Source: a virus | IMG/VR virus record: IMGVR_UViG_3300035670_000140 | Location: 12,367-76,366 of that record | Length of the DNA stretch: 64,000 nucleotides | Direction: 5' to 3' (one strand) | Shown here: one piece after another, positions 10,658-20,853 of the stretch | Numbering within the stretch: position 1 is the first letter of the stretch | Layout of the letters: each line of letters begins with the position of its first letter | Program-made: the position numbers and the translations under genes | Notes under the pieces: generated by a model | Told to the model about the DNA's origin: nothing | Databases searched by the model: none | Seen by the model: only the letters and a program-made list of their open reading frames with translations

Positions 10658-12511
10658 ATGGCTGCTATTATCTCAGATAAATTTAGAATTTTTAATGCTA
10701 CCCAGTTTCTTGAGTCGCTGTCTGAGGGTTCTTCCGACACTGGCGCTGAACGTACTAGAATGTATTTCTTCGTAGGTCGTCCCCAGCGTTGGGATGCTTA
10801 CATTGAAATCTTCAATAAAAATGCTACTGCCTTTGTGGCAGGCAATGAAGTTTATGTAGGAGCTAATTATGCTTCTGCTACTTTCAAAGGAGTAATTAGA
10901 GAGGTTTACGAAAATTCTCTGTTACTTTATTCTATTGGTCCAGCGACTAATTCTTCTCCTGCTGTTGGTTCTACCCTAAAAGGGTGGAATGGAACTGCTG
11001 ACACTGGAGCAGAAGCAAGAACAGGTGTTTATCGCTATTCTACTGAAGACGTACCACCTGTTCCTCTCGATAACCAAACAGAAAAGTATGATATCTATGA
11101 TGATATCATTGCTGCCAAGAGAATTACAACTGATTTTGCTAGAGCTGTAATTCGTCGTTATAACTGGGATCCATCAGCAAACCCAATTTTTGATATGTGG
11201 AAACCTGATTACTCCTCTACTCCTGGTAGTGGTGGTCAGATTGGCAAACCTGCCGCTAATGGTGCTACCAACATTGCTGATGCTAAGTTCTATGTTCTAA
11301 ATTCTCAGTACGAAGTATTCAAGTGTCTCTATAACGGAGAAGATAAGGTTCCTGGTGGTGCTAACGTAACCAACGAACCAAAAACAACTCCTGCTGCTGG
11401 ACAAGGAACATATTCAGGCGGTATCTTTAAAGAAGATCCTGGTTCAACTGGAGATTATATTTGGAAGTACATGTACACCATCCCAACTGATGATGTACTT
11501 CGCTTCCTTTCAACAGATTTCATGCCAATTGTTCTTCCTACTGATGCTACAAGAATTGCTACAGAAGCTATTGCTACTGCCGACCCAGATGCCGTTGATG
11601 TTGTTTATGTAGAAAATGTAGGAGCTAATCTTCCAAACGGCACTCATTACTCACCAATTCTGGGCGATGGAACTGGTGGTAAAGTAGAAATTGTTGTTTC
11701 TGGTGGTGCTATTACTTCAGCTACAGTTATTGATAATGGTTCGGGATACACCTATGGTAGTATTGCCCTAAAGACTGGTGCTACAGTTGCTGGTGCTCCT
11801 TATGGTCTTTACAGTAATACTGGTCTCACATCAAGCGTTACTGTTGGTGCTACTGCTACTGGTGCTTTAGAAGTTATTATTCCTCCTCAGGGTGGACATG
11901 GTTCTAACTTTGAAGAAGAGCTTAATGCTAAGCGTGTCATGACAAACATTCGTTTGACATACGCTGAAGGATCTGGAGATTTCCCTGTTGATAACGACTT
12001 CCGTCGTATTGGTATTATCAAGGATCCATACGCTTATGGAACTACAACTTTTGCCACCACTTCAACATTGAATGGATTATATGCCATCAAGATCACTGGT
12101 GCTACAGCAGATTTCCAAATTGACGAAACAATTGAGCAAACAACTGCTAGTGGTGGCACTGCTTATGGTACTGTTGTTTCTTGGACATTAGATACTGGCA
12201 ACCCAGGTCCTGGTGGTAGCGGTGTTCTTAAGTACATCCAATCTCCTGCTCTACACACAGATGCTGGTGTTGTAAGACCTTTCGAAGCAAATGTTGCTAA
12301 CGCTATTACTGGTGCTAACTCGCTTGCTTCTGGTACTGTAAATACATCGGTAACTGGTGGAACAGTTCTCCAAGGTGTTGCTTTCAACTCTGGTCTAGCT
12401 ACTCCAGAAATTGACAACAACTCTGGTGAGATCATTTACGTTGAGAACAGAAGACTAATCACTCGTGCTGCTGACCAAATCGAAGATATCAAACTAGTTA
12501 TCGAGTTCTGA
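10658..12511 (+). CDS. gp8: Baseplate wedge subunit gp8
   Basis: Motifs 'MAAIISDKFRIFNATQF', 'VIRRYNW', 'FYVLNSQYEVFKCLYN', 'YIWKYMYTI', 'NDFRRIGIIKDP' and C-terminal 'SGEIIYVENR...DQIEDIKLVIEF'. Confidence 0.92.
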   Translation: MAAIISDKFRIFNATQFLESLSEGSSDTGAERTRMYFFVGRPQRWDAYIEIFNKNATAFVAGNEVYVGANYASATFKGVIREVYENSLLLYSIGPATNSSPAVGSTLKGWNGTADTGAEARTGVYRYSTEDVPPVPLDNQTEKYDIYDDIIAAKRITTDFARAVIRRYNWDPSANPIFDMWKPDYSSTPGSGGQIGKPAANGATNIADAKFYVLNSQYEVFKCLYNGEDKVPGGANVTNEPKTTPAAGQGTYSGGIFKEDPGSTGDYIWKYMYTIPTDDVLRFLSTDFMPIVLPTDATRIATEAIATADPDAVDVVYVENVGANLPNGTHYSPILGDGTGGKVEIVVSGGAITSATVIDNGSGYTYGSIALKTGATVAGAPYGLYSNTGLTSSVTVGATATGALEVIIPPQGGHGSNFEEELNAKRVMTNIRLTYAEGSGDFPVDNDFRRIGIIKDPYAYGTTTFATTSTLNGLYAIKITGATADFQIDETIEQTTASGGTAYGTVVSWTLDTGNPGPGGSGVLKYIQSPALHTDAGVVRPFEANVANAITGANSLASGTVNTSVTGGTVLQGVAFNSGLATPEIDNNSGEIIYVENRRLITRAADQIEDIKLVIEF

Positions 12512-12527
12512 TTTAGATTTTAACCAT

Positions 12528-12534
12528 CTAAATA
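12528..12534 (+). promoter_or_regulatory. Late promoter (CTAAATA)
   Basis: TAAATA core in the intergenic gap about 35 nt before the ATG at 12569. Confidence 0.6.
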
Positions 12535-12568
12535 ATTCTACGATATACTAGTGTAATGGCGGAGTACG

Positions 12569-15500
12569 ATGCCACAGAAGACAAATCTTAATGTATCTCC
12601 TTATTATGATGATTTTGACGTAAATAAAAACTTTTATAAAGTTTTATTTCGTCCTGGATATTCGATTCAAACTAGAGAACTAACTTCTCTACAATCAATT
12701 CTCCAGAATCAAATTGAAAATCATGGTAGGTTTACTTTTAAACAAGGTCAACAAGTAATCCCTGGTGAAGTTGGTTTAAACACCAAACTTGATTACGTTA
12801 AGTTGTCTTCTGTGTCTGAGGTGGCTGTTAGTGAAAACGGTCAGGTTGTATACAAAAAATATGACATTAAACAACTAGTAGACACTCAATTACAAGGACT
12901 TAACTCTGGTGTTATTGGTCAAGTAATTGGAGCAGAATACGGTTCAGAAACTGAAGCTGATATTCTGTTTGTAAAGTACACTACTAGTGGTAATGCTAAT
13001 AATGAATCCACCTTCAGACAGGGAGAAACTCTGGAGGTGGTAAATGGTATTAATACTCCATTGCTGGTTGTTGGAACCGATGGTAGCGTTCTCCCAACTA
13101 GCGTTAACGTAACCGATCCTATCACAGGAGCAGTAGCTACTATTCAAAGCCCAGCGATGGGATATGCTACTGCTGCTGAAGTACAAGAAGGTGTGTATTT
13201 TGTCAATGGATTTTTTGTTAGAAACAGAAAACAACTTTTAATTATTGACAAATACTATAATAAAGCATCAGCAAAAGTTGGATTTGTTATCGAAGAAAAC
13301 ATTGTCACTCCAGAAGAAGACGCTTCTCTGTATGATAATGCTAGAGGATTTTCCAATGCTTCTGCTCCTGGTGCTCACAGATTAAGCATTGATCTTGTTT
13401 TAAAAAGATATGATTATAATGCTACTACAGATAAAAACTTTATCCAACTTTTACAAGTTAATAAAGGTGTAGCAGAAAAGCAAGTAAGAGCAGCAGATTA
13501 CACTCTTCTCGAAGAAACTTTAGCTAGAAGAACTTATGACGAATCTGGTGACTATGTAGTAGATGATTTTAATTTTGATATTAGAGAGTATTATCAGAAA
13601 AATGGAAATGGTGGATTATATAGTCTAAATTCGGAAACTGGTTTAGTCAATATCTATTCGCCAGTTGAAGCAGATAATAAAATGATTCTAGGCGTCAGTG
13701 CTGGTAAAGCATATGTCAAGGGTTATGAAATTGTAAATAAAGAAACTAAGTCTTTAGAGGTTGATAAAGGAAGAGATACTCTAACAAGAGATAACGCAAC
13801 TCTAAAAACCAAAGGACTTCCAGAATTCAATATAACCAACGTTTATGGTAGTGTACCATTGAATACCGTTGGTGATGAATTAACTGGATATCCAACAGTA
13901 ACACTCAATAGTGTTTTTAATGATGGAACTATTGGATTTTCTGGATTACAACCAGCAGATTATTTTAGAACAACTGTTAATAGAAGATCACAATCGTTCC
14001 AGTTAAAGCAAGCGATTAAAACAATCTATGTTCAAGTAATTAACGAGCAACCAACACAAACTACTCAGTTACCAGATACAGTTTGGTTTGTCACAACAAG
14101 AGGAACAGGAACTGTAGAAGGAAAAAGTGCTGTAGTAATTAGTAAAGCAATTGTTAATAGACCAGAAGTTAGTGTTGTTAGCACAGCTGTATTTGCTGAA
14201 TTAACAATTCTTGGTGATAAAGCAGTATTGGATAAATTTATCACAGAATATGATTCTGGAGAAACTGATTTAAGAAGATATATCTACACAACAGAATCTG
14301 GAGTAGAAACATCTACAGACCCATATGGATTCATTGTAGATTACAATAGCAGCATTACTCCTATTGTTGGTGTTGCTAAACCAAAAAATTTAAGACTTCT
14401 AAGCAGAGGATCTGGATTTAATCCCGATACTGATATTGTTATTTCTAGAGGTAGAACTGGTACAAATCAACCATATAATGCTACCTTTGGATTTACATAT
14501 TTTAATCCCGTTTTCTTTACCAAAATTCAATTAGAGAAAGAAATTGAAATTGGAACTTTTGAAAATGGAAAATATATCTTTGGTAGAGAAAGCAAAGCAT
14601 ATGGTGTTATCGAAAATGATAGCACTGGAAATTTTAGTGGTGTTTCTACACTTTTTGTAACTACCCTTTCTGGTAAATTTATTCCTGGAGAAACCATTAT
14701 TGATGAAGCAAATAATGCTATCAAGATTGCTAAAGAAAATACAATTTCTCACTTCACTGTAAACAAGAGAGGTAGCAGCTACAACAGTACATCTGACATT
14801 GTAATCAATGGCGTAACTTTTGATCAATCAAAAATTGAAGTTACATTATATGGTGGTTCTGTAGCAAAAGTTATTGTCAAGAATAGAAGTGCTGTACAAA
14901 CTGTATATTCAAACCCACCTTCAGTTACATTTACTACAGAAACTTCATCACAGTCAGATAAAGCAGTAGTAACTCCAGTTCTTTTTAAAGATACTGTTAT
15001 TACTTACACACCACAGAACGTAAAATCATTTGCTTCAACTTTTAATAATTATAAGTTTACTGCTGATATTGATTTCACTTCAACATCTTATGCTACATAC
15101 ACTCAAATCAGTGACTTTACTTTCTTTGGATCAAAAGGTTCTAAGTATATTGAATGTAATGGATTTGGCGCTGATCTAACTGGTGAACTAGTTCAAGGAG
15201 ACATCATTCAATTTACCGATGCTAATAACGATGTTATCAAGTGTATTGTTCAAAGCGTAACATCACCATCTGGTATCGAAAAATCAAGAATTTATCTTGA
15301 CTACGCTCTACCAGCAAATGTTTCTAATGCTACCATTATTAGGCTTCGTCCAAGAATTTCTAATACATCAGCAACACTAGTATTTCCAACAGGAAGTAAG
15401 CAAGTGGCGTCACTGGTTAGTGATACAAGCAATACCAAGTTTAAGTATCACGCTAGAAAAGATTTTATCACTGATATGTCTGCTAGTGGTGGTAATATTA

Positions 15501-18500
15501 CTTTCACTGCCCAACTTCCAGTTGGTACTCAAAAGTTCGTAGGATTTAATGAGGAAAATTTCTTGGTTACCGTTTTAAGCAAAGGTTCTTCAACCGTTGT
15601 CAATAATGGTGATATTGTTTATATCGATCCCAGATACATTGAAGTTGAAGAATCTTTAGTTAGTGCCAATGAAGTAACAGCTGGCGCTCTTAGAATTAAG
15701 AATCTTCCAACAAGCTATTTTGGTACTATTTTAGATAGCAATTATCCAACACTTAAGTTAACCGCTACTGTCGAAATTGACAAAGCGAGACCAAGATTAA
15801 AAACATCAATTACCAATAAGAGAGTTATTGTTATTCCTAGTGGAGATAGAGTTATTCCACTTAGAGGTCAAGATTACGATTCTGATATTATCGAAACATT
15901 CTCATACTCGGATGTTTACAAATTAAGATATGTTTATGAAGGAACTACCACCAATCCTCCAGTTGTAGATAATGCTGGAAACCTAGTTAGTGGTACTGAT
16001 GTAACATACAAGTATAATTTTGATGATGGACAAAGAGACACATATTATGATGTTTCTAGAATTGTTTTAAAACCAGGATTCGATGCTCCATCTGGACAAC
16101 TAGTAATTGCTTTTGATTATTTCGAGCATTCTCAAGGAGATTTCTGTACAGTAGATTCTTATCTACATGAAGCAGGAGTTCCAGCAGAAGAGATTCCATT
16201 ATTCAACTCATCGGTGAATGGAATTATTTCTTTGAGAGATTGTATTGATTTCAGACCAAAGGTAGATGGTAATTCAACTATTACTGGTTTCCAAGATCAA
16301 TCTATTGTGTCACTATTTGATACAACAGATTATGTGACATTTGTGGGAACAGGTGGTATTCCTACATTGACACCAGCTCCAGATTTTAATCTGCCATTTA
16401 CTATGACATTTAGTGAAAAGCAGTATTTGGATCGTATTGATGGATTATTCCTCACAAAGAAAGGTGAGTTTATTGTAAAAAAAGGAAACTCTTCTCTCAA
16501 TCCATCAAAACCAGAATCAGTTGATGATGCTGTAGCTCTATGCTATCTACATATTCCTGCTTATACTAAGAGCAGCAAAGATGTACGTATTATTCCTGTG
16601 GATAATCGTAGATACACAATGAGGGATATTGGTAAACTTGAGAAGCGTATTGAACGTCTTGAGTATTACACAACACTCAGCATTCTTGAACAGCAAGCAC
16701 TAAACATGCAAGTAAAGAATGAGATTGGTTTGGATAGATTCAAGAGTGGTTTCTTAGTTGATAATTTTGAAACACATAAAGTAGGAAATCTTAAGTCAGT
16801 TGATTATAAGTGTGCTATTGATACCCAACAATCTGTATTAAGACCTCAGGCAAAAGAAGATAGTTTTGCTTTAAAAGAAATTAATACTAGAGAAGATCAA
16901 AGAGTTGTTGCTGGATATAGAGTAAATGATAATGTAGTGACATTGCCATTTACAAATGTTGTTCTATTGAGCAACCAAAATGCCACAACTACTATTAATC
17001 CAAATCCATTTGTTGTCATCCAATATGTTGGAGAATCTATTATTTCTCCACAGCAAGATTCTTGGTATGATCAATCAGTTGCTCCTTTAGTTGTAGACTC
17101 CAATACAAAGATTAATTCTATTTTCTTGGCTAAGCAAGATAGCAATATTCAAGATGCTTATTCAAGTATCTATAATTCATTTATCGTAAACTGGGTTGGC
17201 ATCAATCAGGTATTTGGAAATATTGAATCGTTTGCTAATATAAACAGTGAAGATATCGAATCAACTGTACAGTCTGCTTCGGTAGCTAGTTCTTCAAATG
17301 TAAGTCCACAAAATAACGAAGTTGGTAAAGGCATAGCAACAAAAACAATTGATGAGAAGAAAGTTGCTAGTTCTATTCAATTCTTTGCTAGATCAACACC
17401 AGTTAAGTTTATCATTAATAGACTAAAACCAAATACAAAAGTTTATGTCTTTATGGAAGGCAGAGACATTAATTCGTGGATCATTCCTGATACAAGATTT
17501 ACTGGCGTTGCTGCTAATAGTCTATCTACATTTGGTTCTTCTTTAGTTACTGATTCAAATGGTAACCTCAGTGGTTTAATTTTGATTCCTGCTGGATTAC
17601 CTCCAGTTCCAAATAGTCCTTGGACTGGTAATGTAGATACTGTAAATTATGATGAAGGTAAAGAAGAAGTAAGATTTACTACTGGCGTCAAGACAATTAG
17701 ATTTACTTCAAGTTCTACTGATGAGACTAAAGATAATGTTGATACATATGCTGAAGTTAAGTTCTATGCTACTGGTTTGATTCCAGCAAATCCACCTAGC
17801 ATCACTTCAACATCAGCTGCTTTCTTCAAGTCAAATGAAGGTGTACAGTTAGTTGACAGTAATACAGATAATCCAGTTAAACCAAACCCACTTGCTCAAA
17901 CATTCAAGGTTGAAAACTTTGAAGGTGGTGTTATGGTCACTGGAGTCGATCTTTTCTTTAAGAAAAAGAGTTCAAATATTCCTATTAGAGCATACTTAAC
18001 AGACACTGTTTCTGGAAAGCCTGGTAAGAATATTATTCCTGGCACTCAAATTTCCCTAACACCAGAAACATACTTAAGAGTATATGTTACTGGTGAAAGC
18101 GAAACAATTACACTGTCAAGGGGCGAATTAGTTACTGGAAAGAACTCAAATGCTTCTGGCCCAATTGATAAAGTTTTTGATGGTAATAATGTTAGAGTTG
18201 GTGATGATTCTAGCACAACATTTACATTAAACAAAGAGCAAGTATATACTCTTGTTTTAAACAACCACAATGGCAATTCTTTCTTGGCAAATGAACTGCT
18301 CACTATTCAATCAGTAACCACATTCAATGCTACCAATAACACCAACGTTGGTGTCTTTATTGCTAAAGACTCTGGCAAAGTTGTTGATTTGAGAATTTCC
18401 AGTGTTGGTAGCAATTACGAAACAGCATCTATTACAATCGAAAGTCCACAGCTACCAGGAGGATCTGCTGCTACTGGATCTATCAATGTCTCTGGAGGAA

Positions 18501-20650
18501 AGGTCTACAACGCCGAGATATCGCTCTCTGGTCGTGGTTATACAGAACCGCCATCAGTAGTCATCAAAGGCGTTGGAACAGGCGCTGCTGGCGCTGTGAT
18601 CGAGTCTGTGCTTGAGATAGATACTCCTGCTGTAAGAATGGGTGTTGCTACCGATGTAGAAGGTGTAATTGAGTCAACTACTCCAACTAGATTTAATTTC
18701 AGACATCCAGTTTACCTACAGAATAATTCAGAATATGCTTTAGCAATCGAAACTGATTCGATTGAGTATGAACTATGGACATCAAAATTAGGCGAGATCG
18801 AGATTTCCACTAGCAATGTTGTTACTACTCAACCTGGATTGGGTTCTGTTTATAAGTCACAAAATACAGATAACTGGACTGAAGACTTATTTGAAGATAT
18901 TAAGTTTACTTTATATCGTGCTGAGTTTGATATCAGCAAAGAAGCTGAATTAGAAGTTACCAATGAAAATCTTGGTTATGAACTCTTGAATATTTCCCCA
19001 TTCGAGACCAGTGTTCGTTCAGCAACAAATGCTACTTCACCATTGTTCAAGAACAATAATTCTATTATCAAAGTCAACCACAGAGATAATGGATTTGAAG
19101 ATTCTGGTAAGTCTTATGTATTCTTTAGAAATGCTGAAGATATTGGTGGTATCTCAAATGTTATTCTCAACGGAACTCTTTTTAAAGTAACTAATGGTGG
19201 TATTGATTTTTATAATATTGCTTCGCCAAATAATGCTGGATCTAGTGTTCTTGGTGGAGGAAGCAAAGTCTTAGCTTCATATAACAGAAAGTATGAAAAA
19301 CTATATGCTCAAGTTCCATATCTACAACTAGATGGCACAAAGATTGATTCGTTTGTTTATACAACAAATGTAGTTCCTGTAGATTCCAAAACTACAAATT
19401 ATACTTCATATTCTGTAGAAGATTATGAAAAAACATTTTTGAATGAAGAGCACTTCTTTACAAATCAAAAAATGATTGCTTCAAGAATTAACCAAACAAT
19501 TAATGGTTTACAAAATTCATTGAAGTATAAGTTCAGACTATCATCAACAAATTCAACTTTATCACCAGTAATTGATTTAAGAACTGCTACCGTAAAGACA
19601 GTTACAAACAGAGTTGAGAATGCTACTGGTTATGAAAATCGTTACGGAAAGAGAGATCAAATTTTAACATTCCAACCACTTTATATCTTAACTCTATCTG
19701 TAAGCGGTTCTAATGCTGCTCAAGTTGATGAGAATAAGAGTTTAGTCGGTAGCTTGTCTAAGGCAGAGGGATTTATTACAAACTATGCTAATAATGATGC
19801 TACCATTAGACTAAGAACACAAACTCCATTCCAGCAAGGAGAATCGCTAAGTCTATATGATGAGCAAGGTGTTTTGATTGAATCTGTAGCAATCCAGATT
19901 ACAGCAATTCAAGAAATTGAGTTTAATTTCAGCAAGGGATCAAACGTCATTGCTTATTACCCACAAGACACCGATGTTAATTATTCCAATAAGATTAACG
20001 GTAAAGTAGTTCTGTGGGATGCTGAAGATAAGATTCTTATTATTGAGAATTCTTATTCTCCGATTAATAATAATTATACAGCTACGACTACTAGTGATGT
20101 AGTTTATGCCAGAGATCCTGAAGCGGCAGAACAGCAACCAGATATCTTTAGGGTTGGCGATGTTGTTCAATCAACTGGAGATGATGATCCTATTTTTGTT
20201 GAAATTAATACAATGGACTTTACTACTGGCATTGATTATGTTTCAGAAACAGACGCTTCAAATAGTTCTTCTGTTGCTAAGTATGTAACTAAAGAAATTT
20301 CAATCAATAATCCAGGAACTTCAATTGATGTAAGAACTACTGTAAATCTAACTGATGTAAAAAACATTAAAGTATTCTATAAGATTAGAGAAGCATCCAG
20401 TGCTGTAAACTTTGAAGATATTAACTGGGTTCCATTTAATGTAGATGGAAATCCAAATAATGATGATTTGGCAACACCTACCAATTCAATTTCTGGTCAG
20501 TTTGAAAAGCAATCTGATTACCAAGAACTAATTTATAACGTTTCAAATCTTCCTCAGTTTACTTCTTTTGCTGTTAAGATTATCATGAAAACAGATAATC
20601 CTTCATATGTTCCAAAAATCCAAGATCTTCGTGCTGTAGCTTCATACTAA
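12569..20650 (+). CDS. Large virion structural protein, VrlC-like/DUF4815-like (2693 aa)
   Basis: N-terminus 'MPQKTNLNVSPYYDDFD..KNFYKVLFRPG..IQTRELT.LQSILQNQIE', 'APGAHRL', 'LARRTYDESGDY', 'NRRYTMRDIGKLEKRIERLEYYT.LS.LE', 'RFKSGFLVDNF', 'PLAQTF', C-terminal 'VPKIQDLRAVA'; typical of the cyanomyovirus protein following gp8. Confidence 0.85.
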   Translation: MPQKTNLNVSPYYDDFDVNKNFYKVLFRPGYSIQTRELTSLQSILQNQIENHGRFTFKQGQQVIPGEVGLNTKLDYVKLSSVSEVAVSENGQVVYKKYDIKQLVDTQLQGLNSGVIGQVIGAEYGSETEADILFVKYTTSGNANNESTFRQGETLEVVNGINTPLLVVGTDGSVLPTSVNVTDPITGAVATIQSPAMGYATAAEVQEGVYFVNGFFVRNRKQLLIIDKYYNKASAKVGFVIEENIVTPEEDASLYDNARGFSNASAPGAHRLSIDLVLKRYDYNATTDKNFIQLLQVNKGVAEKQVRAADYTLLEETLARRTYDESGDYVVDDFNFDIREYYQKNGNGGLYSLNSETGLVNIYSPVEADNKMILGVSAGKAYVKGYEIVNKETKSLEVDKGRDTLTRDNATLKTKGLPEFNITNVYGSVPLNTVGDELTGYPTVTLNSVFNDGTIGFSGLQPADYFRTTVNRRSQSFQLKQAIKTIYVQVINEQPTQTTQLPDTVWFVTTRGTGTVEGKSAVVISKAIVNRPEVSVVSTAVFAELTILGDKAVLDKFITEYDSGETDLRRYIYTTESGVETSTDPYGFIVDYNSSITPIVGVAKPKNLRLLSRGSGFNPDTDIVISRGRTGTNQPYNATFGFTYFNPVFFTKIQLEKEIEIGTFENGKYIFGRESKAYGVIENDSTGNFSGVSTLFVTTLSGKFIPGETIIDEANNAIKIAKENTISHFTVNKRGSSYNSTSDIVINGVTFDQSKIEVTLYGGSVAKVIVKNRSAVQTVYSNPPSVTFTTETSSQSDKAVVTPVLFKDTVITYTPQNVKSFASTFNNYKFTADIDFTSTSYATYTQISDFTFFGSKGSKYIECNGFGADLTGELVQGDIIQFTDANNDVIKCIVQSVTSPSGIEKSRIYLDYALPANVSNATIIRLRPRISNTSATLVFPTGSKQVASLVSDTSNTKFKYHARKDFITDMSASGGNITFTAQLPVGTQKFVGFNEENFLVTVLSKGSSTVVNNGDIVYIDPRYIEVEESLVSANEVTAGALRIKNLPTSYFGTILDSNYPTLKLTATVEIDKARPRLKTSITNKRVIVIPSGDRVIPLRGQDYDSDIIETFSYSDVYKLRYVYEGTTTNPPVVDNAGNLVSGTDVTYKYNFDDGQRDTYYDVSRIVLKPGFDAPSGQLVIAFDYFEHSQGDFCTVDSYLHEAGVPAEEIPLFNSSVNGIISLRDCIDFRPKVDGNSTITGFQDQSIVSLFDTTDYVTFVGTGGIPTLTPAPDFNLPFTMTFSEKQYLDRIDGLFLTKKGEFIVKKGNSSLNPSKPESVDDAVALCYLHIPAYTKSSKDVRIIPVDNRRYTMRDIGKLEKRIERLEYYTTLSILEQQALNMQVKNEIGLDRFKSGFLVDNFETHKVGNLKSVDYKCAIDTQQSVLRPQAKEDSFALKEINTREDQRVVAGYRVNDNVVTLPFTNVVLLSNQNATTTINPNPFVVIQYVGESIISPQQDSWYDQSVAPLVVDSNTKINSIFLAKQDSNIQDAYSSIYNSFIVNWVGINQVFGNIESFANINSEDIESTVQSASVASSSNVSPQNNEVGKGIATKTIDEKKVASSIQFFARSTPVKFIINRLKPNTKVYVFMEGRDINSWIIPDTRFTGVAANSLSTFGSSLVTDSNGNLSGLILIPAGLPPVPNSPWTGNVDTVNYDEGKEEVRFTTGVKTIRFTSSSTDETKDNVDTYAEVKFYATGLIPANPPSITSTSAAFFKSNEGVQLVDSNTDNPVKPNPLAQTFKVENFEGGVMVTGVDLFFKKKSSNIPIRAYLTDTVSGKPGKNIIPGTQISLTPETYLRVYVTGESETITLSRGELVTGKNSNASGPIDKVFDGNNVRVGDDSSTTFTLNKEQVYTLVLNNHNGNSFLANELLTIQSVTTFNATNNTNVGVFIAKDSGKVVDLRISSVGSNYETASITIESPQLPGGSAATGSINVSGGKVYNAEISLSGRGYTEPPSVVIKGVGTGAAGAVIESVLEIDTPAVRMGVATDVEGVIESTTPTRFNFRHPVYLQNNSEYALAIETDSIEYELWTSKLGEIEISTSNVVTTQPGLGSVYKSQNTDNWTEDLFEDIKFTLYRAEFDISKEAELEVTNENLGYELLNISPFETSVRSATNATSPLFKNNNSIIKVNHRDNGFEDSGKSYVFFRNAEDIGGISNVILNGTLFKVTNGGIDFYNIASPNNAGSSVLGGGSKVLASYNRKYEKLYAQVPYLQLDGTKIDSFVYTTNVVPVDSKTTNYTSYSVEDYEKTFLNEEHFFTNQKMIASRINQTINGLQNSLKYKFRLSSTNSTLSPVIDLRTATVKTVTNRVENATGYENRYGKRDQILTFQPLYILTLSVSGSNAAQVDENKSLVGSLSKAEGFITNYANNDATIRLRTQTPFQQGESLSLYDEQGVLIESVAIQITAIQEIEFNFSKGSNVIAYYPQDTDVNYSNKINGKVVLWDAEDKILIIENSYSPINNNYTATTTSDVVYARDPEAAEQQPDIFRVGDVVQSTGDDDPIFVEINTMDFTTGIDYVSETDASNSSSVAKYVTKEISINNPGTSIDVRTTVNLTDVKNIKVFYKIREASSAVNFEDINWVPFNVDGNPNNDDLATPTNSISGQFEKQSDYQELIYNVSNLPQFTSFAVKIIMKTDNPSYVPKIQDLRAVASY

Positions 20651-20853
20651 TGAATAGATATCTAAAAGTCGAGGGACATGAAAATCTGGTTCGTGATGTT
20701 AATACTGGAGCGATTATTAATAGAGAAAAGCACGTTTCTAAAAATTTTACCAACACATTTAATAATGTACTTCACGACATAAATACTTTGAAGGAAGAAA
20801 TATCTGAAATTAAACAGCTTCTTAGAGAGATAGTAAGAAATGGCAGTTCTTAG
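20650..20853 (+). CDS. Small cyanophage-type protein with C-terminal coiled coil (67 aa)
   Basis: TAATG overlap with the upstream stop; 'YLKVEGHENLVRDVNTGAIIN' followed by a heptad-like tail. Confidence 0.75.
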   Translation: MNRYLKVEGHENLVRDVNTGAIINREKHVSKNFTNTFNNVLHDINTLKEEISEIKQLLREIVRNGSS